A stretch of DNA of 64,000 bases from assembly GCA_047285535.1 (NCBI GenBank), contig JBJBDC010000001.1:2961340-3025339 (forward strand). Direction: 5' to 3'. The translations under genes and the position numbers were made by a program. This document shows, piece by piece, positions 1-8,163 of this stretch (positions are counted from its first letter, which is position 1; each line of letters begins with the position of its first letter). Below the pieces are notes generated by a model, which searched no databases, was not told the origin of the DNA, and was given only the letters and a program-made list of their open reading frames with translations. Source of the stretch: Synechococcus sp. Lineage in GTDB: Bacteria; Cyanobacteriota; Cyanobacteriia; PCC-6307; Cyanobiaceae.

Positions 1-234
1 ATTATTTAGGCCCGAGTGATCAAACCTGATCGTGCAGCTTGTTTTTTGCTTGCCTAGCTTGGCACGAAGCCCAAAGAATCCCGCTTCAATTTGCTGGGTG
101 TAGCGATCGACTTCGCCTTGTCGCATGTTTCGGATATAGGTGGGAATTGATGTTGACAGGCCAATCGTGATGATCACGATGCCTACCAGTAGTTCTAATA
201 ATGAGAATCCTTCAGATGGGTGTTCCTGCATCAT
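1..234 (-). CDS. Type IV minor pilin (FimU/GspH-like), 3' end outside the window
   Basis: Not in the ORF track. Manual translation from ATG at 234 gives MMQEHPSEG|FSLLELLVGIVIITIGLSTSIPTYIRNMRQGEVDRY..., with a class III signal (G|F, E5). The frame is open to base 1 and overlaps the upstream stop as ATGA. Confidence 0.85.
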   Translation of the reverse strand, partial: MMQEHPSEGFSLLELLVGIVIITIGLSTSIPTYIRNMRQGEVDRYTQQIEAGFFGLRAKLGKQKTSCTIRFDHSGLNN

Positions 235-722
235 GTTCTGTAGCACTGAGACGCAAAATTTGGACTCATTTCTATAACTCGGATTTCTTCCTCGATTTGC
301 TGTTCTGGCCCTTCAAAACTATAAATGATCTTGAGGATTCCTGGAATTGTATTGAAATCATAGGTGCGGGTGATCGTCGCTAGCCTTGGTTCCGGGACAA
401 CAGATTGGAGGTGGTCACTTAAGGTGCCAGCCGGATTTTGGCAGGCCGTTTCGAAATCAACATTGGCATTATCTTTGATCCATTCTCGTGTGAAATAAGA
501 ATCTTCTTTTTGCATGGTCTGAATGTTGTCATTGATCGCTGCTTCAATGCTGGCCCTGGTGGACGAATGCGCACTCACACTGAGGGCTGCTACGGAAAGT
601 CTGCCCACGGCTGCGAGGGCGGAAGCTAGTAAAATTCCAGCAATCAGCACCTCTACCATGGTGAATCCATTGGCTGGCACCTTGTGTTGACTTTGGTGTC
701 GATAGCGACCCTTGATATTCAC
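231..722 (-). CDS. Type IV minor pilin (PilV-like)
   Basis: Prepilin motif NG|FTMVEVLIAGILL; lies in the pilin operon. Confidence 0.85.
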   Translation of the reverse strand: MNIKGRYRHQSQHKVPANGFTMVEVLIAGILLASALAAVGRLSVAALSVSAHSSTRASIEAAINDNIQTMQKEDSYFTREWIKDNANVDFETACQNPAGTLSDHLQSVVPEPRLATITRTYDFNTIPGILKIIYSFEGPEQQIEEEIRVIEMSPNFASQCYRT

Positions 723-816
723 TCTGTGTTGTTAAATCAATGCGTGATTCATGAAACTACTTTTTCAGTTTAAATGTATTGATTCGCCCAATTCTGAAGG
801 GGTAGTGAGAGTTGAA

Positions 817-2523
817 TTACCAACGGCGGAATGTATCCAGACCAGTGCCCCGAATGCCCCGCGCCACCATTTGGCCATAGCCAGGAAAGTTTTTATTTTC
901 CCAGTCCCAACGTTCATTGAGATCGCGAACCACACTGCTGCTTCCGCTGGTGTCGGTGATCAAGGAGAACGGTCCTGAGTTGGTGCAGATTCCATCAGCC
1001 CAGATCAGGCCATTCAGCTTGGTGGTGCTGCTGCCTGTTTTGACAAAACCTGGAATGAGATGAACAGTTGCATGGGGCAGGCTGTCGCCATCAAAGGCCA
1101 GCACGTATCGATCGGTATGTGGAGAGACCGAACAGCTGCGTACGCCTGAGGGCTTCGGTGCTGCCGAAAGAATCACGAGTTGCTCCGGTTTGGCGTTGCA
1201 GGTTGTTTCCCCACTGTTCACACCACAAAGCTGGCTGCCGTTGCCGAGATTGATGCTGCCGGTGATGCCAGGTTCTGAGGGTTCCACGGTGGAGGTTCCT
1301 GGATATTCCAAATGCAAGACCACGGGCCTGCTGGCACTGGTTTCAATCAGCAGCCTTGTCTGGGTAAGGTTGATGTGTTCGACGAACACGTGGCAGTCGG
1401 ACCCTGAGCCATTGCACAGTTCATTGGCACTGAGTCGGATCACGGCGCCGTTATTTTCTTCGAGGTCTGGTCGGCTCAGCGCAGTTTCTGTGTTGGCGGC
1501 TCGATTGCAGGCAATGGACTGGCATTCCGCCAGGGATTGCGTGTCATCAAAGGTCCAGATCCGTACGTTGTCGGATCCTGTCTGTTTGTCCTGGGTGAGT
1601 CCTAAGTCCCAGATATTGCTTGTGGGAAGACCTTTCTCCAGGATTGGAATGATTCTGTTCTCGAGATTGATGTTGGCAGCACTGGCGTGAACATCGCTCA
1701 GCAGATTGGATGGAAAGCATCCTGTTGCCGTTTGATAGGGCTCAGCACTACTCACATTGAGCAATACTTTTCCATCGCCGATGGATCCGTTGCTGTTCAG
1801 GATTTCGGTGTCACCTAGGAAGAGTGTGGGGCCTGATAACACAGCCCAATCTCCCTCGCCTGCGACGATTGAGTTCACATAGAGGGAACGTAACAACAGC
1901 GTTCTCGCTAAGTAATTTGTTTTGGGGTCATCTCCTTCACGCAACACGATGCCTTCGATCTGGAAGCGGCCTTCTCCTAATCCGTTGTTCTCGGCTGTTG
2001 CTGTTGTCGCATAACCCCTCAGTCGATACTGCAGCTTGATGTTCTTCTGTCCATCCTTGCGTTGGCTGGATGTGCCTGCTGTTAGATCCCTATGGGGAGG
2101 ATTCGCGTTTCCTGCATCAGCCGGCACCGCTGCTGGTAGGTGACGGCGATCGGTGCAGAGCTCTCTGAGCGGGAAGTCTGTCTGGTTGGCCGCGTTCCAT
2201 CCCCATTGTTCAGATCCTGGATTTTCTGGATCGCCGCCGTTGTGATTGAGGGTGAAGAGGTATCCCTTGTAGGTGGTGTGGTTGTCCTCATTCAGCTCGC
2301 TGAGGATTCGGTTGAATCCATTCAAGGCTGCCGTTTCGGCCATTTGCTGATAGCTCTCAGCGGCTGCAAGTTTTCGTCCCATCAGTTGCCTTAGCAGCAA
2401 TCCGCTCACCCCTGCCATCAGCACCATTCCCATCATCAGGGCCAGCAACAACGAAAGCCCCTGCTCTTGTGCGGGGATGTTTGGCCCCGATTTTTTGATG
2501 CTGATGGCTTTTGGAGATTTCAT
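817..2523 (-). CDS. Large PilX-like minor pilin with a Cys-rich C-terminal domain (putative tip adhesin)
   Basis: QG|LSLLLALMMGMVLM lacks E5, followed by a PilX-type AETAALNGFNRI helix; 568 aa. Confidence 0.75.
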   Translation of the reverse strand: MKSPKAISIKKSGPNIPAQEQGLSLLLALMMGMVLMAGVSGLLLRQLMGRKLAAAESYQQMAETAALNGFNRILSELNEDNHTTYKGYLFTLNHNGGDPENPGSEQWGWNAANQTDFPLRELCTDRRHLPAAVPADAGNANPPHRDLTAGTSSQRKDGQKNIKLQYRLRGYATTATAENNGLGEGRFQIEGIVLREGDDPKTNYLARTLLLRSLYVNSIVAGEGDWAVLSGPTLFLGDTEILNSNGSIGDGKVLLNVSSAEPYQTATGCFPSNLLSDVHASAANINLENRIIPILEKGLPTSNIWDLGLTQDKQTGSDNVRIWTFDDTQSLAECQSIACNRAANTETALSRPDLEENNGAVIRLSANELCNGSGSDCHVFVEHINLTQTRLLIETSASRPVVLHLEYPGTSTVEPSEPGITGSINLGNGSQLCGVNSGETTCNAKPEQLVILSAAPKPSGVRSCSVSPHTDRYVLAFDGDSLPHATVHLIPGFVKTGSSTTKLNGLIWADGICTNSGPFSLITDTSGSSSVVRDLNERWDWENKNFPGYGQMVARGIRGTGLDTFRRW

Positions 2524-3036
2524 TTATCCACAGTTGGGAGTTGTGGCGGCGGTGTCTTCAAAGCCCTTGCCCTGGTTGATCCCGCTGGCGCCATTGGTCA
2601 GATTGATGCAGGCGATCACGTTGAGATTGGGTTCGTCGTCGCGGGTTGCGGTGATTGTGAATAAGTTGGCAGTATTCGTGATGGCTACGTTGTAAAAACC
2701 TCCAGCTAAGTTGATCGCTGCAAAATCATTGTCTGTAGCGGGTCCGTTCTCGGTCATGATTGCATTGGTGTTGTTTAAGTCTGCCCAACTGGTTGGAAGA
2801 ACACCAAATTCATCGGCATAGGCTGCGATTGTGGTTTGGATCTGGGAGATTACCGATGCTGTTTCGTTTTGCCTGGTGCGATTTACTTGATTGAGATAAC
2901 TTGGGAATGCAATACTTGAGAGGATTCCAATAATCACTACGGAGATTAATACTTCTGTTAATGAAAAGCCTTCCGCTTCAGCCTTTGCTGAGCTGCCGAA
3001 GGCATTTACTGTGCATTGTGATATTTGATTTAGCAT
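2524..3036 (-). CDS. Type IV pilin (PilE/PilA2-like)
   Basis: EG|FSLTEVLISVVIIGILSSIAFPSYL; C-terminal Cys pair. Confidence 0.9.
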   Translation of the reverse strand: MLNQISQCTVNAFGSSAKAEAEGFSLTEVLISVVIIGILSSIAFPSYLNQVNRTRQNETASVISQIQTTIAAYADEFGVLPTSWADLNNTNAIMTENGPATDNDFAAINLAGGFYNVAITNTANLFTITATRDDEPNLNVIACINLTNGASGINQGKGFEDTAATTPNCG

Positions 3037-3058
3037 GATTGATCAGTCCTTTGATTGT

Positions 3059-3093
3059 CTGCCTTCTGGTTATTTTTTGCATTCAGAAGGCAG
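3059..3093 (-). terminator. Stem-loop downstream of the major pilin gene
   Basis: CTGCCTTCTG (3059-3068) and CAGAAGGCAG (3084-3093) form a perfect 10-bp inverted repeat between pilA and the next pilin. Confidence 0.6.
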
Positions 3094-3121
3094 TATTTAG
3101 GGATTCAGATGATTGATATGA

Positions 3122-3610
3122 CTATGCGCAATTTGGAGCGCTAGCGACAGTGCCATCAGCCTTAATTGCTTGTTTTCTCACTCCTGTGGCAGGATTCACA
3201 CAAGCTGCTGCATTGTATTTCCCATCTAAGTCGGAATTCGTCACACCAACTGCTGTGACTGTATAGATATTGTCTCCAGTCCCCGAAAAGTCTCCAGATG
3301 TGAAGTCACAAAGGTCTGAGTCGTGTTGTGCCACAACTGCGGTCATGGCAGCATTTTTCTCTGCATCGGTACCAGTAGTGAGGCCTTCAGCACCAGCTTG
3401 GGACAAGATGGCGCCTAGTCGAGTTGTGCACTCTGTGGCTTTGGCTTTACTGGTCTGACTTAAAAAATTAGGAAGTGCTACTGCTGAAAGAATCCCAACA
3501 ATCACAATCACAATCATCAACTCCACCAAGGTGAAGCCTTTTTCAAGCAGATTGCGACCTTTTTTTCTGTTGAGGATGGAAAGTTGTAGGCGGCGATTGA
3601 GTGTGCTCAT
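3122..3610 (-). CDS. pilA: Type IV major pilin
   Basis: MSTLNRRLQLSILNRKKGRNLLEKG|FTLVELMIVIVIVGILSAVALPNFL, a cyanobacterial PilA1-type leader; ATG at 3610 preferred. Confidence 0.9.
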   Translation of the reverse strand: MSTLNRRLQLSILNRKKGRNLLEKGFTLVELMIVIVIVGILSAVALPNFLSQTSKAKATECTTRLGAILSQAGAEGLTTGTDAEKNAAMTAVVAQHDSDLCDFTSGDFSGTGDNIYTVTAVGVTNSDLDGKYNAAACVNPATGVRKQAIKADGTVASAPNCA

Positions 3611-3710
3611 GATGTTTTTGCGAGGAATAATTGGCTTGGCACAGGTTGTGCTCACAGATCAATCATTCCCCTTCCAAGTGGCCAGCAAGCAAGGAATCGG
3701 CTAGAGGTCT

Positions 3711-3726
3711 CTAAGAACCTTCTTAG
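3711..3726. promoter_or_regulatory. Palindromic putative operator between pilA and the histidine kinase
   Basis: Perfect dyad CTAAGAA-CC-TTCTTAG in the divergent intergenic region. Confidence 0.35.
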
Positions 3727-3738
3727 GTAACCAGTTTT

Positions 3739-5034
3739 TTGTCCCAATCTCAGCCCTTACCGTCGCTGCGTCTTTGGCTTCAATCCACGGCTTTGCTCAC
3801 AGTGATCGCTGGCTATGCATTGATGCTGTTTTTTAATGCTGTTCTGGCCGATGGGCAACGGCGTCATCATCACCAGAAGTTGCGGTCCTCTGTTGAGCGT
3901 CGTCTTCAGGAGCGATCGGACCTGATTCTGCCGTTCGACAACACACAACTTCATATTTCACTGGGTTCTCGGGGACCTGAGTTGTCTCCGGAGCTGCAGT
4001 TGCTGGCCGATGGTCAGCATTGGATGGTGAGTCGTCGGCTTTTGTCCGAATCGGGAAATCAGTGGCTTTGGTTGGAGGTACGTCAGAACGTCACCAGCTC
4101 TTTGCGTCAGGAGCGCTTCAGTCAGTTGATGTTGATCGCTGCAGCCTGTATTTCCATCTTGCTCACTGCTTTATTGCTACGGCCTGTTCTGTATCGGGGA
4201 TTGGTGCTTCCGCTGAATACCCTGATTGGGCAATTGCAGAATGTAGAGGCCGATACCCTCGCTCAAAACCTGCCTGAGGCTGACCTTCAGCCTCAGGAGT
4301 TGCGGCCGATTATTCTTGCCTTCAATCAATTGCAACAACGCCTAGCCCTTGCTTGGCAACGAGAAAAGGACTTCATCGATGGTGCCGTCCATCAGCTGCG
4401 CACTCCGATCACGGTGATCTCTGGGCACGCGCAACGGCTGAACCTTCAGCCCCTGCCTCCTAAAAGTGAACGTTCTGTTGCGCTGATTGCATCAGAGTCG
4501 CACCGAATGGCTGAGATTCTTGCTGTGTTGCGCGATCTGTCTCGCATTGATGCGGGGCGATTGTCATTGCAACTTGAACCTCTTGATGCCGATGAGCAGT
4601 TGCTGGCTGCGTATGAACGCTGCTCGTCGGCTGCGCTGGATCGATTGCGACTTCCTCTGCCTGCTTCAGACCCAGAGTTGATGTTTCAGGCAGACCGCAT
4701 GCGGTTGCAGCAATGTCTGGATGCTCTGATTGCCAATGCTTTGCTGTACAGCGAAGGCCACGTGCAGTTGCAGTCAGAAATGGGCAACGATGAAGTGATC
4801 ATGCATGTTCTTGATTCTGGTCCTGGAATTGTGTGCGCTGAACGTGAACTCGTGCTTGCGAGGTTTGAAAGGGGCTCCACGTCTGTTGGCACCCGGGGAA
4901 CAGGGCTTGGACTGGCCCTTGTTGATGAGTTGGTGAGGGCGATGGGTGGCGATCTACTCATCGCCGATGCGTCAGGGGGTGGGGCTGACTTGCAGTTGCG
5001 ATTCAGTCTTTTGACTTCTCGATCCGAGCCATGA
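3739..5034 (+). CDS. Membrane sensor histidine kinase (HAMP-HisKA-HATPase) with an atypical H-box
   Basis: Two TM segments; H-box AVHQLRTP; G1 DSGPGI; G2 GTGLGL. Confidence 0.9.
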   Translation: MSQSQPLPSLRLWLQSTALLTVIAGYALMLFFNAVLADGQRRHHHQKLRSSVERRLQERSDLILPFDNTQLHISLGSRGPELSPELQLLADGQHWMVSRRLLSESGNQWLWLEVRQNVTSSLRQERFSQLMLIAAACISILLTALLLRPVLYRGLVLPLNTLIGQLQNVEADTLAQNLPEADLQPQELRPIILAFNQLQQRLALAWQREKDFIDGAVHQLRTPITVISGHAQRLNLQPLPPKSERSVALIASESHRMAEILAVLRDLSRIDAGRLSLQLEPLDADEQLLAAYERCSSAALDRLRLPLPASDPELMFQADRMRLQQCLDALIANALLYSEGHVQLQSEMGNDEVIMHVLDSGPGIVCAERELVLARFERGSTSVGTRGTGLGLALVDELVRAMGGDLLIADASGGGADLQLRFSLLTSRSEP

Positions 5035-5716
5035 AGCCCACACCACGAATGGTGTGGATCAGTTGAGGTAATTCAGGCTTTTCGATCTTTCGCCGCAAGT
5101 AGCCCATGTAAACATCCAATGTGTTTGGATCACCCACGAATGGTGCACCCCAGACTCCTTCAAGAATCTCGCGACGTTCCAGCACTTGTCCAGATCGCTT
5201 CACAAGGAAATGAAGCAGATTGAATTCGCGTTGCGACAGCGACAGCTCTTTCTCTCCACGATGGACGACTCGGCTGAGGAGGTCTATCCGTAGATCACCA
5301 AGCTCTAGTTGCTCTTCTTGTTGTTCTGCTTTTGCGAACTGACCACGTCGTAATCGAGCACGCACTCGGGCATGGAGTTCTTTCAGCTCAAAAGGTTTGG
5401 TGATGTAGTCGTCTGCTCCAAGATCGAGGGCTTGAACGCGGTCTTCTAGATCGTCATGAGCGGTGAGCATCAACATTGGGGTGGTGTCGCCGCTGAGACG
5501 CAGCCGTCTGCAGATTTCGATTCCGTCAAAGTCTGGAAGCGACCAATCCAGGACGACAAGATCAAAGTGTTCCTTTCGCAGCAGCATCAAAGCGTCGACA
5601 CCACAGTTGACACCGATACACTTCACCTCCTCGCTCGCGAGCTCTTCCACGAGAAAGCTCAATAGCTCTGGGTCGTCATCAACGATCAGCAACCTGGAAC
5701 GTGTCTCCTCCGACAT
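5003..5716 (-). CDS. OmpR-family response regulator
   Basis: Receiver motifs LLIVDDD, LDWSLP and GADDYITKPF; winged-helix end IHTIRGVGF. Confidence 0.95.
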   Translation of the reverse strand: MSEETRSRLLIVDDDPELLSFLVEELASEEVKCIGVNCGVDALMLLRKEHFDLVVLDWSLPDFDGIEICRRLRLSGDTTPMLMLTAHDDLEDRVQALDLGADDYITKPFELKELHARVRARLRRGQFAKAEQQEEQLELGDLRIDLLSRVVHRGEKELSLSQREFNLLHFLVKRSGQVLERREILEGVWGAPFVGDPNTLDVYMGYLRRKIEKPELPQLIHTIRGVGFMARIEKSKD

Positions 5717-5789
5717 CGGGGCTTCATTGTCTTCTCAAAAGATACGGTGATTGGCAGTGGAACGCTTTCACTAGTTGCCTTGAGTCCTT

Positions 5790-6287
5790 GTGATCTGTTC
5801 GCGGGTTGTTTGGCCCCGATCGCAGTCGGGATTTGTGTTGCCCTTGGCTGTATCCGCTTCAGCGGTGTTGCTTTTAGGCAGCGCTTCCATGCTTACGCTG
5901 AGTCTTCAGCGGCGACTGAGCATTCAATCGTCCAGTCGTCGAGACATCAGCGCAGATCAATTACGTTCTGCAGCGCAGGCGTTTGCTGCGCATGCCCGCG
6001 GGCCGGAGGCCTGTTTGCTGTTGCGAGCAAAACTTGATTGGCCCCATCGTCTTCAGCTCTGCGATGACGTTGATCCCTCTCGTTTAAGTCATGGTGTTGT
6101 GGGAGAAACCCATTGGTCTTTGCTCGATTGGCAGCCCAGTGTTGATAGCGGATGGCTGAGTTTGCAAGTAGGCCATGACCGAACTGCGAGATTTCGCCTT
6201 GCGTTAGATCCAGTTGCTCCTGCGGTGATCGGGATCAGTGAACCGCAGCGTTTAGCTCCATCCACGCATGGGGAGATTGATCGATGA
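5790..6287 (+). CDS. PilX-like minor pilin
   Basis: QSG|FVLPLAVSASAVLL without E5; first of four coupled genes. Confidence 0.7.
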   Translation: MICSRVVWPRSQSGFVLPLAVSASAVLLLGSASMLTLSLQRRLSIQSSSRRDISADQLRSAAQAFAAHARGPEACLLLRAKLDWPHRLQLCDDVDPSRLSHGVVGETHWSLLDWQPSVDSGWLSLQVGHDRTARFRLALDPVAPAVIGISEPQRLAPSTHGEIDR

Positions 6288-6724
6288 CGTTGATTGAAGT
6301 CTTGATGTCCTCGGTTGTGCTTGCTGGGAGCAGTAGCGCAGCACTCGGCATTTGGAGTCAAGCTGCAGGAGAGATTCAACGTGCTCAGCGACTGGAGGGG
6401 CTGTCCCTCCAACTGGAAACGGTACGCATTGCCACGCATCGTTGGCTTGAGTCTGGACTGTCGTCGTCGGATCTTTTGGATCCAACGGCGCATGATTGTC
6501 GGTTTGAGCCAGCAGCTTTAGAAGCAGCAGCGGCTGCGCATTTGAGCGCAGAGGCTGATATTCACCTTCTCTGGCAGCCTGATCCCCAGGGGCTCGGCCA
6601 TTGGCTAGAGCTGACTGTGCCATCTGAGGATCAATCTGAGCATCAGTCATCTCTATTGACGAGACGTCAATTGTTTACACCTGCGGCCTATGGCCTTTGT
6701 CGTTCTGACGAGGAGCGGCGATGA
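6284..6724 (+). CDS. PilV-like minor pilin, no leader peptide
   Basis: Begins MTLIEVLMSSVVLAG; ATGA overlap; in-frame TGA at 6278-6280. Confidence 0.7.
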   Translation: MTLIEVLMSSVVLAGSSSAALGIWSQAAGEIQRAQRLEGLSLQLETVRIATHRWLESGLSSSDLLDPTAHDCRFEPAALEAAAAAHLSAEADIHLLWQPDPQGLGHWLELTVPSEDQSEHQSSLLTRRQLFTPAAYGLCRSDEERR

Positions 6725-7239
6725 CCTTGATGGAGCCCTTATTGGTCGTGGTTCTGTTGGGGATTCTGGCCTCAATGGCAGTGGTGTCTGGTGGCACCGA
6801 TCGTGATCAGCTTCAGCTCGCCGCTGCTGCGCGCCGTTTACAGAGTGGTTTGGATCGTGGTCGTAGCATCGCAAGACGTGAGCAGAGACCCTGCGGCATT
6901 GCTCTCGGCCAGGAGGGGTGGATGGCCCCGGAGCAGGTGATGTTGCCTGGCAACATCCGCGCCTGTTCGGACAGTGGCATGTCGTTGCAGGAATCTGTTG
7001 AGACAGGGCCAATAGAGCTGAACACCAACATGCCAGCCGTGCTGCGTATCGCCGCAAATGGTCTGATCTTGGATGGCGGTATTGCTGTTCTCAGTCATCA
7101 GCGCTTACCCAACACTCGATGCTTGGTGGTGAGCATCCCCTTGGGCGTAAGTCGCATTGGTGTCTATCAAGAGCCGCTTCCCCTGAGGCAAAGACGCCTA
7201 AGTAGTAGCCGTTGCCTACCTGATCAGGATCAGAGTTGA
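6721..7239 (+). CDS. FimU/GspH-like minor pilin, no leader peptide
   Basis: Begins MTLMEPLLVVVLLGILASMA; AGGAG RBS; C-terminal RCLVVSIPLG. Confidence 0.7.
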   Translation: MTLMEPLLVVVLLGILASMAVVSGGTDRDQLQLAAAARRLQSGLDRGRSIARREQRPCGIALGQEGWMAPEQVMLPGNIRACSDSGMSLQESVETGPIELNTNMPAVLRIAANGLILDGGIAVLSHQRLPNTRCLVVSIPLGVSRIGVYQEPLPLRQRRLSSSRCLPDQDQS

Positions 7240-7243
7240 GCCG

Positions 7244-7819
7244 ATGTCTGACAAGGCGCAACGATCTGGCTTCACCTTGATTGAACTGATGCTTGCGATC
7301 AGCCTTGGCAGCGTGTTTTTCAGCGCGTTGCTGAGCTTGGTTGGCGCTGATCTACAACTAGGGCAAACGATGGCGAGTCGATTGCGTGAATTGGCGTGGC
7401 AACGCCGCACATTGGATCTTATTCGTGAAGAATTGGCTGTTGGCTCCAGCTGGACCTTGGATCCAGCGTTATCTCAGGACTGGCCTTGTGCCATGGCAGG
7501 CCGCCGACCAGTGTTGGCGATTCAGCTGGATCACACCGGAACTCAACCGTTCTCAAACAGCATTGTGTACAGCGTTGGTCCTGCACCGTCTCCGATCTGG
7601 CGTGGTTTGGTGTTGATGCGTTGTGGTCCTGCCTATGGACTCGATGGTGTGATCAGGCCGGAGGGGATTGCCCAGAACCGAGTGATGATTGATGGTTTAC
7701 CCAAGGATGGTCTTGGGTTTCAGGCACGCAAGGATCCCCACACAAGGGTTCTGTACCTTCAATTGGAACAAAGGCTTAAGGCTGGTTCAGCTCGTTATCG
7801 TTCTGCTGCTGTCTTCTGA
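7244..7819 (+). CDS. PilW/GspJ-like minor pilin
   Basis: RSG|FTLIELMLAISLG; LMRCGPAYGLDG motif. Confidence 0.8.
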   Translation: MSDKAQRSGFTLIELMLAISLGSVFFSALLSLVGADLQLGQTMASRLRELAWQRRTLDLIREELAVGSSWTLDPALSQDWPCAMAGRRPVLAIQLDHTGTQPFSNSIVYSVGPAPSPIWRGLVLMRCGPAYGLDGVIRPEGIAQNRVMIDGLPKDGLGFQARKDPHTRVLYLQLEQRLKAGSARYRSAAVF

Positions 7820-8155
7820 CGATGGTGCCGGCATGAATAAGAAATAGATATCCACACTCGCAGCTGCGAGTGCAAGAAAAAGGTGAACAATCCAGCCGTT
7901 CTTCACACCCATTCCCCTTATGGCAATGGAGGAATTGATCACCACCATGACACTCAGAAAAGTGAACAGAATGATGCTGATCAAGCGATCCAAATGTCGG
8001 CGTTGGGTCCAAAGGCTGGCGATCAACGGCAGCAGGATCAATGTTGAGACTCCATGCAAGACCTTCATGCTGAACAGACTATGCAAATGTGGAGTGATTG
8101 CAGCCCACAGGTTGATAGGAATCAACAGGGAACAAAAGATTAAATAAAACACCAT
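7787..8155 (-). CDS. Small multi-pass membrane protein
   Basis: About four hydrophobic segments; ATG at 8155 directly after the kinase stop. Confidence 0.65.
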   Translation of the reverse strand: MVFYLIFCSLLIPINLWAAITPHLHSLFSMKVLHGVSTLILLPLIASLWTQRRHLDRLISIILFTFLSVMVVINSSIAIRGMGVKNGWIVHLFLALAAASVDIYFLFMPAPSSEDSSRTITS

Positions 8156-8163
8156 GATTAACT

